This document shows positions 8,864-17,088 of a DNA stretch of 27,474 nt, piece by piece. A program made the position numbers and the translations under genes. A model generated the notes under the pieces. That model ran no database searches. It had not been told where the DNA came from and saw nothing but the letters and a program-made list of their open reading frames with translations. The DNA is from Nanobdellota archaeon. GTDB taxonomy: Archaea > Nanobdellota > Nanobdellia > Pacearchaeales > GW2011-AR1. The first letter of the stretch is position 1, and every line of letters begins with the position of its first letter. The DNA is taken from the NCBI GenBank assembly GCA_038044925.1, contig JBBSZC010000007.1, positions 1 through 27,474 of the forward strand, in the 5' to 3' direction.

Positions 8864-8915
8864 TAAAATTAAAGATTTATAGAATATTTAAAGTTTGAGA
8901 CTAAGAATAATTAAT

Positions 8916-8923
8916 CTTATATA
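8916..8923 (+). promoter_or_regulatory. TATA-box-like element (CTTATATA) about 26 nt upstream of the ATG at 8945
   Basis: Spacing is consistent with leaderless archaeal transcription. It lies in the 81-bp divergent spacer shared with polB. Confidence 0.35.
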
Positions 8924-8944
8924 CACTCTTTTTTTAGCTACATT

Positions 8945-9397
8945 ATGAATGATAAGCGGGTATATCAAATTGGAGATAAATATTTTAGAGTAAATGTTTC
9001 TATGGCAGTTGATTGTCATTGTAATTTGAAATATCTTTATTCTGGAGGTAAAGTTCCAGGATGCAAAGGGCTTTTAAAAAAGGTAGATATTTTTATAGGA
9101 AAACAATATGAAAAAGGAAAAGGAATTATCTTTGATGATTCTTTTTGGGAGTCTTATCCTTCTATGTCTGTATTAATAAATGGAGATTCTGGTGAAACTA
9201 GTTGTTTTTATCTTGGAGATGACGAAAATATGCGTATAGCAAGATTAAAAGGATATGACTTATGCTTAATTAAAAAATTAAAAGAGCAGGGAGTAAAAGT
9301 TAAAGAAAAACTTTTATCAAAAGGAGAAAAACATGTTCCAAAAGAACATGTTAATTGGAATATAAATTATAATGATTCTTTAGAGCGAAAAGCTTAA
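8945..9397 (+). CDS. Hypothetical protein (150 aa, several Cys), divergent from polB
   Basis: Clean ATG-to-TAA ORF with complex sequence (…VDCHCNLKYLYSGGKVPGCKG…). No family recognised. Confidence 0.5.
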   Translation: MNDKRVYQIGDKYFRVNVSMAVDCHCNLKYLYSGGKVPGCKGLLKKVDIFIGKQYEKGKGIIFDDSFWESYPSMSVLINGDSGETSCFYLGDDENMRIARLKGYDLCLIKKLKEQGVKVKEKLLSKGEKHVPKEHVNWNINYNDSLERKA

Positions 9398-9421
9398 AAA
9401 CTACTACTAATAGGTTGTGGC

Positions 9422-9850
9422 ATGGTAGCAAGAACAATAACTCCATACGAAGTAAGAGAAGATTTAACTGATAGGCTTAGAGATATCCAGTCTAGACAAG
9501 ATGGAGCAGAGTACATTCAGTTTTGTCAGGAGAATGGATTTGATTTAGAAGATGGATATTTAGCAGACAGAGGAGAAATTGAATTGCTTGCTGAAAGAGA
9601 TTTAACTACATCTGAAAAGATAGGCAGGGATTTATATGAATGTATTGAGTTAGAAGGTTATTCTTCATTTGATTATCCTGATAAAATTAGAACTATTTTT
9701 AAAGAAAATGGAATTATTAAATTGCCTTTTATGGGCAGAGATACATCTATTATAGCTATTGGAAGATACGATCTTACAAAGTATGCAGTTAGTTTAATGG
9801 ATAATTATAAAAAATTGTTAAGAATTAATCCACGAGTTGCTTTTAGATAA
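9422..9850 (+). CDS. Hypothetical acidic protein (142 aa)
   Basis: ATG-to-TAA ORF starting 24 nt after the preceding gene, followed 30 nt later by fen. No family recognised. Confidence 0.5.
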   Translation: MVARTITPYEVREDLTDRLRDIQSRQDGAEYIQFCQENGFDLEDGYLADRGEIELLAERDLTTSEKIGRDLYECIELEGYSSFDYPDKIRTIFKENGIIKLPFMGRDTSIIAIGRYDLTKYAVSLMDNYKKLLRINPRVAFR

Positions 9851-9852
9851 CT

Positions 9853-9860
9853 ATTTATAT
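9853..9860 (+). promoter_or_regulatory. TATA-box-like element (ATTTATAT) about 25 nt upstream of the fen ATG
   Basis: The same 8-mer occurs at the same distance upstream of the Trm5-like gene (10951-10958). Confidence 0.4.
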
Positions 9861-9880
9861 TTATTTTGGGTTTATTTTAT

Positions 9881-10915
9881 ATGGGTTTAAATATAAGAGA
9901 TATAGTTCCAAAGAAACAGCTCGACATATCTACATTAAAAGGAAAAGTCATTTGTGTGGATGCTTTTAATACTCTTTATCAATTTTTATCCAATGTTAGG
10001 CAGCAGGATGGAACCCCTTTAATGGATAATCAAAAGAGAATTACAAGTCATTTGTCTGGAATTTTTTATAGGAATGTTAATTTAATTTCAGAAGGCATGA
10101 AACTTGTTTATGTTTTTGATGGAAAGCCCCCTGAATTGAAATATAAAATCCATTATAATAGAAGAGAAGCAAGAGAAAATGCTAAAGAGAAATATGAAGA
10201 AGCGAAAAGAGAAGAAGATATAGGGATGATGAAGAGATATAGTTCTCAATTAACAAGATTAGATGAAGAGATGATTCGTGAAAGCAAAGAGCTTTTAGAA
10301 GCTTTAGGGATTTGTGTTGTTCAGGCTCCAGGAGAAGGTGAATCAGAAGCAGCTCATCTCGCAAAGAAAAATGCATTTGCTTCTGCGAGCCAGGATTATG
10401 ATTCTTTATTATTTGGAGCTCCTAAATTAATTCAGAATTTAACTCTAGCAAGAAAAAGAAAAACAATTTCTGGCTGGGTGGAGATTAAACCTGAAATGAT
10501 AGAACTTGAAAAAGTTTTGAATTTCCTTGAAATAGATTTAGATCAGTTAATATGTTTAGGGATACTTATTGGAACTGATTATAATCCTAAAGGAATTCCT
10601 GGAATTGGACAGAAAAAAGCCTTAGGGATTGTAAAAAAATACAAAAAACCCGTTTTAATTTTTGAGTCTGTTAAAGAGCAAATAGGAGTCCTTAGCGAGG
10701 AAAATCAGTTTGATTGGAAGGAAATTTTTGAGTTATTTCACAAGCCAGATGTTAGGGATTTTGAAATAAAATTTCCTAAAATAAATGAAAGAAAAATCAA
10801 AGAAATTCTTGTTGAGAAGCATGATTTTTCTGAAGAGAGGGTTGAAAAACAGCTTGAGAAATTAAGAAATTCTACAGAGAAAAACAAACAAAAAAATCTT
10901 GAGAAATGGTTTTAA
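9881..10915 (+). CDS. fen: Flap endonuclease 1 (FEN-1)
   Basis: Canonical N-terminus MGLNIRDIV from the ATG at 9881 (the track starts at an upstream TTG). Active-site blocks are VDAFNTLYQF, GEGESEAAHL, SQDYDSLLFGAP and GTDYNP. The H3TH motif is GIPGIGQKKA, and a canonical PIP box QKNLEKWF ends the protein. Confidence 0.93.
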   Translation: MGLNIRDIVPKKQLDISTLKGKVICVDAFNTLYQFLSNVRQQDGTPLMDNQKRITSHLSGIFYRNVNLISEGMKLVYVFDGKPPELKYKIHYNRREARENAKEKYEEAKREEDIGMMKRYSSQLTRLDEEMIRESKELLEALGICVVQAPGEGESEAAHLAKKNAFASASQDYDSLLFGAPKLIQNLTLARKRKTISGWVEIKPEMIELEKVLNFLEIDLDQLICLGILIGTDYNPKGIPGIGQKKALGIVKKYKKPVLIFESVKEQIGVLSEENQFDWKEIFELFHKPDVRDFEIKFPKINERKIKEILVEKHDFSEERVEKQLEKLRNSTEKNKQKNLEKWF

Positions 10916-10950
10916 ATTTTTTGAACTTTAAAATTTAATCTAATCAATAC

Positions 10951-10958
10951 ATTTATAT
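10951..10958 (+). promoter_or_regulatory. TATA-box-like element (ATTTATAT) about 27 nt upstream of the ATG at 10981
   Basis: Position and sequence are identical to the putative fen promoter element. Confidence 0.4.
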
Positions 10959-10980
10959 TTCAAATTTTGTTTATTCTTTT

Positions 10981-11778
10981 ATGAAAAACATTAGGGGACA
11001 AAGAGCTTACGACTTAATTGGGAGCACAGTTATTGTGAATTTTCCAAGAGAATTTAAAACAACTGATAAGAAAAAATTTGCTTTAAATTTGATGAAAGAG
11101 CAAAAAGGAATAAAAACAGTTCTTGAGAAAATTGGGAAGATAAAAGGAAGATTGAGAAAACTGACAACAAAATATATTGCAGGAGAAAAGACAAAAGAAG
11201 TTCTTTACAGGGAAAATAGATGTGTTTTTAGATTTAATCTAGATTCAACTTATTTTTCTCCGAGATTAAGCAATGAAAGGAAAGAATTGGCAAATAAAAT
11301 AAAAAAGGGAGAAGAAGTTTTAGTTATGTTTGCAGGTGTTGCTCCGTTTTCTATTGTTATAGCTAAGAATTCTCAGGCAAAAATAGTTTATTCAAGCGAA
11401 ATAAATAAACTTGCAAATAAATATGCTAAATTAAATGTCGAATTGAATAAATTAAAAGAAAGAGTAATAATTATTCCAGGAGATTCAAGAAAAACTACGC
11501 TAGATTTTTATAAAAAAGGGAAGAAATTTGATGTAATTGTCATGCCAAGACCGAGATTAAAAGATAATTTTCTTGATGCTGCATTTTTAGTTTCTAAAAA
11601 AAATACTCAAATTTATTATTATGATTTTTGTTCTGCGAATGAGATTGACAAAATCAAGGAAAAGATTTTTACAGAAGCAAAAAAAGCAAAAAAGAAGATC
11701 AAGATTCTTAAAATTAAGAGAGCAGGAGAGATTGCCCCGTATAAGATTAGAGTTAGAGTGGATTTTAGAGTTTTATAA
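10981..11778 (+). CDS. Trm5/Taw2 (Met-10+) family tRNA methyltransferase, short form lacking the D1 domain
   Basis: AYDLIGSTVIVNFP, the block YRENRCVFRFNLDSTYFSPRLSNER, the SAM-binding VLVMFAGVAPFSI, and DVIVMPRP are all characteristic of Met-10+/Trm5-like enzymes. Confidence 0.75.
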   Translation: MKNIRGQRAYDLIGSTVIVNFPREFKTTDKKKFALNLMKEQKGIKTVLEKIGKIKGRLRKLTTKYIAGEKTKEVLYRENRCVFRFNLDSTYFSPRLSNERKELANKIKKGEEVLVMFAGVAPFSIVIAKNSQAKIVYSSEINKLANKYAKLNVELNKLKERVIIIPGDSRKTTLDFYKKGKKFDVIVMPRPRLKDNFLDAAFLVSKKNTQIYYYDFCSANEIDKIKEKIFTEAKKAKKKIKILKIKRAGEIAPYKIRVRVDFRVL

Positions 11779-11973
11779 TAAATAATGTTTATTATTAATA
11801 ATTGGTCAATAAAACAGTAAGGATAAAACCATAAATATTTTTATACTTAAATGTTGTTAGGTATATCATGATAAATAGTAGAGATATAGTGAAGATTTTT
11901 TATTAATAAGTGTTTATAAGGGTTATATGGTCTAAATTAAAGATAATTAGACCCCTCTAATTAATTATTGGTT

Positions 11974-12189
11974 TTATGCTTCTGCCCAAGCTCTTTCAAT
12001 TTCACTATGCACTATTGCTCTTTGCGGGTCTCCTGTTATCTGTGAAGACTCACATGATTGTATATCTTTTTCAGTAAATAACTTTCCTCCTGCATAAAGA
12101 ATTCTTTGTTCTATTGTTTTTAAGGTTTCAGAACTAAGTTGAGCTATTTCAGGTGTTTGTTTATAGTCTTCATTCTCATCCCCGATCAT
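11974..12189 (-). CDS. Hypothetical small protein (71 aa)
   Basis: ATG-to-TAA ORF with a TATA-like CTTTAAATA about 30 nt upstream on the minus strand. No family recognised. Confidence 0.4.
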   Translation of the reverse strand: MIGDENEDYKQTPEIAQLSSETLKTIEQRILYAGGKLFTEKDIQSCESSQITGDPQRAIVHSEIERAWAEA

Positions 12190-12454
12190 TATATAACTAC
12201 TTCTTGGTAGTATTTAAAGCTTTTTATTTTGTGAAATGGCATCTTAGATTAGATTAATTAACTAAAATTAATTATTAAATAACTTAAACTATAAAGTGAA
12301 ATTGAAGGGGGTAGTTAAAATTAAATGTTAGATTACCTGTTAAAGTTAAATTTGAATCAATTATTTATCAAACAAGCATCAATTAGGCAATAAAATGAAA
12401 TATTATCAAATTTATGGGTGCTGTTTTAGATTAATTGATTAGTCCTAAAGATTA

Positions 12455-14878
12455 TCATAATCTCTTCTCTATTTTTACTGCTGTTGGAGCTTCTCCTCCG
12501 TGCCATGTAAACCTAGGCCTTATACGCATCGGATATATTCTTTCTGAATTGTCATCAAGAATTATTGCAGAACCCTTAAGTTCAGGAAGATTATTTATTT
12601 GTTGTTTTATTCCTTCTAATACATAGCTCTGCATTATATAATTTAAGGCTTCTAAGTCTGGTTTTGCTGTAATTTTATGCGAAATAACAATATCTGCTTG
12701 AGTCATTACATCTTTATGAATTTGTCCTGGCTGCTGTGTGGCTAAGACAAGAGAAATTCCTGGCTGTCTTCCTTCTCTTAACAACTGAATTAAGGCATCA
12801 GTTGCTATTGTTTTTCCCCTTAATGGAAGAAATTCATGGGCTTCATCAATAAAAATCCAGACTAAGGGATATTCTTTTTTTTCTGCTCCAGACAAATACT
12901 CAAGCCCCTTTGCTATAGAATCAACTTCTTCTTTTTTTCTCATGAGCATTCTTTGATTAAAAATTTTTCTTGAAATTAAGCTTATCGCTAGAGCTCTTAT
13001 ATTAAAAGCTCCTACTGAATTATACACACTCAAATCTAAAACAGTGGTTAACCCAGGGGTTATTAAATCATTAATCTGTGTTTTATCAGATTCTTTTTCA
13101 GAGAAAATTCCCCAGGTTTTTGCTGCTTCAAATAGGCCTATTGCAGCATTTTTTATTTCTTGAGAAGTATTTTTATCTTGGATTATTGTTGCGATAATAT
13201 CCTCTATTCTAAAATTTTTCTTTTCTTTTAATCTGGACAAAACCCTTTCAATTAAAATTGCTACCGGATTTATCATATCTAATCCAAAAGTTAAAATCCA
13301 ATCTTCTGAAGTCATTTCATTTAAATCCAGGGAGAATTTATCATCTGCAAGGATTCCCCTTTCTCTGTAGTAATCATAATAACCGACTGGAACAAATATT
13401 TTTACAGGAAGATTTTTTGGTTTTAAACCCCATTGAGACAAAAGTTCTTTATCTTTTTGATTTTGATATTTCATAGTCCAATAAATTCCCATTGTATCAA
13501 AAATTAAAGAAGCAATATTCTGGCTTACTTTTTCATCAAGGTTTGAGAGTTCTTCTGCTATGACACCTAAAGTATAAGATTTTCCTGAATTGTGTGAAAT
13601 TATTCCGTTTGCAATAAACGAGTGATTTTTATTTACAGATAGGTCATAGACTTCATTAATTTCTTGGATTTCTTTTATACTCTTTATTCTTCTACATACT
13701 AAGTTATCTGATATATAGAATGTTTTTCTTTTTCTTGTCTTATTATCCTTATGTTTTTCTAATCTGTTTTGCTTAAATCTACTTATAAATCCAATCTTCT
13801 TGAAATTCTCCATTGAAGAATTATCTGTTATAAAGAGTCGATAATTTTTATATATCTTATTTGCGCATTTTGCATTTTTTTCTCTTATAGAGGATTCTAT
13901 CTCAAAATGTGATAAAATTAATTGCAAATCTTCTAAAAACTTTCTTGACTTGCTGGAATAATCTATATACTTGCCGTTGTTAGCAATATATCCATCACAC
14001 GAGAAGAGTGCCGATAAAAATTGTGCTTTGAATGTATTGGAACTCTCCAATACAATTTTAGGTATTCTAATTATTCCTGCTTTGTTCCCTAAAGGTACAC
14101 CTAATTCATGAATCTTATTAACAACTCTTGCATAAAGCGATTGAACAACAGAGCAGTCACAATCATTTCTTTTATATTGTTTTACATATAATCCAAATTC
14201 TTCTTCTAAATCTTTTTTTGCTATATTCAGTACATTTTCATCGTTGCAGAATATTCTTAATCTGCTTTTTGTCCCATTATACCAGCTACCTCTTCCATCT
14301 TTCCATCTTCCTTTTCTCTTGCTTATCGTTCCATCTGATAAAACAAATCCCAATATTCTTGCAAGTCTAAGGCTTTTTTCATTTTTTTTGATTTCTTGCA
14401 ATTTTGTAGATAAAATTATTTTATCTCTTGTTTTTAATTCTTGGGCCATTCTCCAAAAAAGATATTTTCCATAATTAACAAGCAAAGGATGTTCTTTAGT
14501 AAGTTGTAATTTTCTTCCATCATCTAATTCTATTTCTAATAATTTTTCTTTTGAAATATCATATTGTAAAAGTTCCGCATTTTCCCATTCAAACTCTTTT
14601 TTCTCTTTGTTAAATGAAAGAACTCTGTTTTCTTTTGAGTTGAATTCTTTTATAGGTTTATATCCTTCGTTTGTGAATATTAATGTTTCTCCTGTTAAAC
14701 ATCCTCTTTTTCCTGCAACTAGGACAACATGGGTTTTTGCAATGTCCATAAATAGGTTGTTGCTTAGAGAAGTGTATTGCCCCATTTTTACATAGCTCTT
14801 TCCAAGGTAAATTATGCCTTTTTTGCCTATTAATTTTTTATCAGATTCGTCTCTTCCAAGTATTATATCATAAGGCAT
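12455..14878 (-). CDS. HerA/DUF87-like P-loop ATPase interrupted by an intein (extein about 436 aa)
   Basis: Joining the exteins restores Walker A (VVLVAGKRG|SGKSYTLGV). Walker B is VWIFIDEAHEF, and the C-terminal LLREGRQPGISLVLATQQPGQI...ADIVISHKI is typical of HerA/FtsK-like DUF87 ATPases. Confidence 0.85.
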   Translation of the reverse strand: MPYDIILGRDESDKKLIGKKGIIYLGKSYVKMGQYTSLSNNLFMDIAKTHVVLVAGKRGCLTGETLIFTNEGYKPIKEFNSKENRVLSFNKEKKEFEWENAELLQYDISKEKLLEIELDDGRKLQLTKEHPLLVNYGKYLFWRMAQELKTRDKIILSTKLQEIKKNEKSLRLARILGFVLSDGTISKRKGRWKDGRGSWYNGTKSRLRIFCNDENVLNIAKKDLEEEFGLYVKQYKRNDCDCSVVQSLYARVVNKIHELGVPLGNKAGIIRIPKIVLESSNTFKAQFLSALFSCDGYIANNGKYIDYSSKSRKFLEDLQLILSHFEIESSIREKNAKCANKIYKNYRLFITDNSSMENFKKIGFISRFKQNRLEKHKDNKTRKRKTFYISDNLVCRRIKSIKEIQEINEVYDLSVNKNHSFIANGIISHNSGKSYTLGVIAEELSNLDEKVSQNIASLIFDTMGIYWTMKYQNQKDKELLSQWGLKPKNLPVKIFVPVGYYDYYRERGILADDKFSLDLNEMTSEDWILTFGLDMINPVAILIERVLSRLKEKKNFRIEDIIATIIQDKNTSQEIKNAAIGLFEAAKTWGIFSEKESDKTQINDLITPGLTTVLDLSVYNSVGAFNIRALAISLISRKIFNQRMLMRKKEEVDSIAKGLEYLSGAEKKEYPLVWIFIDEAHEFLPLRGKTIATDALIQLLREGRQPGISLVLATQQPGQIHKDVMTQADIVISHKITAKPDLEALNYIMQSYVLEGIKQQINNLPELKGSAIILDDNSERIYPMRIRPRFTWHGGEAPTAVKIEKRL
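13589..14701 (-). mobile_element. Intein (371 aa) with a LAGLIDADG homing-endonuclease domain, inserted in the Walker A P-loop
   Basis: It starts at Cys60 (CLTGETLIF, block A). Block B is LQLTKEHPLL, and the two LAGLIDADG motifs are LARILGFVLSDGTI and FLSALFSCDGYI. The C-terminal splicing blocks are VYDLSV...NHSFIANGIISHN, followed by +1 Ser (SGKS). Boundaries were verified at the nucleotide level (TGT at 14699-14701, AAT at 13589-13591). Confidence 0.9.
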
Positions 14879-14987
14879 TTTCTATATATCCCTCTTTTCA
14901 TTATAATATAGACATAAATAGATTTTTAATGTTTTGTGTTATATCTTCAAATATCAAAATTCAACTCGTCTATTGAATGAGTGATTT

Positions 14988-15075
14988 AACCACCCATGGA
15001 ATTTTGAATGTGCTCAAGAACTAAAATGATTGAGTGGCATCTTCATGCCATCAATCTTTGACTGGTGGTTCTTGA
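14988..15075. ncRNA. Candidate structured RNA or regulatory element between two divergent promoters
   Basis: An inner hairpin at 15028-15056 (GATTGA(G)TGGCAT-cttc-ATGCCATCAATC) has 12 bp and one bulge. It is enclosed by an 8-bp stem TCAAGAAC (15014-15021) / GTTCTTGA (15068-15075). An alternative 7-bp pairing AACCACC (14988-14994) / GGTGGTT (15064-15070) overlaps the outer stem. The element is locally more GC-rich than its flanks and lies upstream of both flanking TATA boxes. Confidence 0.3.
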
Positions 15076-15099
15076 CATATAACCAGGTTCACCAAAATG

Positions 15100-15107
15100 T
15101 TTAAAAA
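15100..15107 (+). promoter_or_regulatory. TATA-box-like element (TTTAAAAA) about 26 nt upstream of the ATG at 15129
   Basis: Spacing is consistent with the other putative promoters in this window. Confidence 0.35.
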
Positions 15108-15128
15108 AGGTGATTTCTATGTTCAGAG

Positions 15129-16160
15129 ATGGAAGAGGAAAATAATCCAATAACAGAAAAGGATAATAATTTAATAAAAGGCAATGAAAATAGAACCAGT
15201 CTTACTGATAAAATGAGAGGCAATCCTTGGATGGTTGCAACTATTATATTAGGATTATTCAGCTTGACTATGTTATTTGCTAGCATTTCAGGAAAATTAA
15301 CAGGAAATGTAATTTCTGGAAGTGATGCAGGAGATATATTATTAAATCTTTATGAATCAAGAGGTGCAGAAGGGCTTAATATTTCATCTGTAAAAGAAAT
15401 ATCAGGAGTGTATGAAGTTAATTTTCTTTATCAAGGAACAGAAATTCCAATTTATGTTACTAGAGATGGAAAGTATGCAGGAACCTTAAATTCTGTAACA
15501 GGTTCGGCTGATTCTGGGTCTGGAAATGCTGCAAGTCAAGAAATTCCTAAGACAGACAAACCAAGTGTAGAGTTATATGTTTTTACATATTGTCCTTATG
15601 GATTGCAGGCTGAGAAAGGAATAGTCCCTGTTGTTAAGCTTTTAGGGAATAAGATTAACTTCAAAATAAGACAAATCGGAGCAATGCACGGAGATTATGA
15701 AAAAGTAGAAGCTGAGAGACAATTATGCATAGAAAAAAATTATCCTGACAAATTTTATGATTATTTGAGTACTTTTGCATTAGATTCTACAATTGGAGCT
15801 TGCAGAGGAGAAGATGCTTGTGTGTTGCCTAAGATAAAGGCTATTTATACTAAATTAGGGATTGATAGTGCTAAAATAGATGCTTGTATGAAAACAGATG
15901 GAGTTAGTTTATATGCTGCTGAAGAAACTAATGCCCAAACAAATGGCGTAAGTGGTTCACCAACTTTAATAGTTAATGGAATAGTAACAAACAGTGGAAG
16001 AGATTCTGCTTCTTATCTTGATACTATATGCCAAGCTTTTACAGAGGGAAAGGTTCCTAGTGAGTGTTCACAGCAATTAAGCAGTGTATCCCCTTCTGCA
16101 GGATTTGGAGCTTCAACAGGTTCAGCATCAAGTTCTAGTGCTGTGCAGTGTGCAACTTAA
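15129..16160 (+). CDS. Membrane-anchored thioredoxin-fold (DsbA/glutaredoxin-like) protein with monothiol CPYG and a Ser-rich tail
   Basis: There is an N-terminal TM helix (WMVATIILGLFSLTMLFASI). The thioredoxin-fold signature is VELYVFTYCPYGLQAE...GVSGSPTLIVNG. Eight Cys are present in total, and the tail is GASTGSASSSSAVQCAT. Confidence 0.65.
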   Translation: MEEENNPITEKDNNLIKGNENRTSLTDKMRGNPWMVATIILGLFSLTMLFASISGKLTGNVISGSDAGDILLNLYESRGAEGLNISSVKEISGVYEVNFLYQGTEIPIYVTRDGKYAGTLNSVTGSADSGSGNAASQEIPKTDKPSVELYVFTYCPYGLQAEKGIVPVVKLLGNKINFKIRQIGAMHGDYEKVEAERQLCIEKNYPDKFYDYLSTFALDSTIGACRGEDACVLPKIKAIYTKLGIDSAKIDACMKTDGVSLYAAEETNAQTNGVSGSPTLIVNGIVTNSGRDSASYLDTICQAFTEGKVPSECSQQLSSVSPSAGFGASTGSASSSSAVQCAT

Positions 16161-16203
16161 AGGTTAATAAAATATTTATTAATTCTATATTCTTATCTAT
16201 TTA

Positions 16204-17073
16204 ATGAAAGAGTGCATTTTATATTCAAAAAAGAAATCAGGAAAAATTAGATGTTCTGCTTGTTCTCATAGATGCTTGATTTCTAATGGCAGAGTTGGGC
16301 TTTGTGGAGTTAGGAAAAATATAGATGGAAAATTGTATTTAATGGTTTATGGGAAAGTTATTTCTATGCATGTTGATCCTATAGAGAAAAAGCCATTATA
16401 TCATTTTTTACCTAATACAAAAAGTTTTTCAATAGGAACTATAGGATGTAATTTTTTTTGCGGGTTTTGCCAGAATTATGAAATTTCCCAGGAAAGAGAG
16501 ATAAGAGGATTTAATATAAATCCTAAGGAAATTGTTGAAGAAGCCATTAAAACAGGCTGCAAAAGCATTTCTTATACCTATAATGAGCCTACAATTTTTG
16601 CCGAGTTTGTAAAAGATACAGCCGAAATTGCAAAACAGAAAGGGTTAAAAAATGTTTTAGTAACTAATGGTTATATGACAAAAGAGTGTCTGGATTTTCT
16701 TTCCAAGCCAATAAAATTAATTGATGCTATGAATATAGATTTAAAATCTTTTAATGAAAAATTTTATATTAAAACTTGCAAGGCTTATTTAAAACCCGTA
16801 TTAGAAACAATAAAATATTCACATAAATTAGGAATACATATTGAAATAACGACTTTAATTATTCCGGGAATTAATGGAAATGATTCTATTAAAGAGTTAG
16901 AAAAAATCGCTAAATTTATTGCTTCTATTGATAAAAATATTCCCTGGCATATCTCAAGATTTTTTCCTACGTACAAGATGACTGATAGAAGAGCGACTGA
17001 TTTAGAAATTTTAAGGAAAGCAGAAGAAATTGGAAAAAGGCATTTGAAGAATGTTTATATAGGGAATGTTTGA
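16204..17073 (+). CDS. Radical SAM enzyme, AmmeMemoRadiSam (AmrS) / PFL-activase-like family
   Basis: N-terminal Cys cluster CSACSHRCLISNGRVGLCGVRKN and the radical SAM motif GCNFFCGFCQNYEISQ. Downstream YTYNEPTIF and VTNGY blocks are typical of the family. Confidence 0.8.
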   Translation: MKECILYSKKKSGKIRCSACSHRCLISNGRVGLCGVRKNIDGKLYLMVYGKVISMHVDPIEKKPLYHFLPNTKSFSIGTIGCNFFCGFCQNYEISQEREIRGFNINPKEIVEEAIKTGCKSISYTYNEPTIFAEFVKDTAEIAKQKGLKNVLVTNGYMTKECLDFLSKPIKLIDAMNIDLKSFNEKFYIKTCKAYLKPVLETIKYSHKLGIHIEITTLIIPGINGNDSIKELEKIAKFIASIDKNIPWHISRFFPTYKMTDRRATDLEILRKAEEIGKRHLKNVYIGNV

Positions 17074-17088
17074 AAAAATATTTTTAAT

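Noticed and set aside
14960-15100. The structured intergenic element as a tRNA or C/D-box sRNA.
   Set aside because: It has no cloverleaf and no GTTCRA T-loop. ATGAGTGA and ATGATTGA only loosely resemble C boxes, and no CTGA D box lies at the right spacing on either strand.
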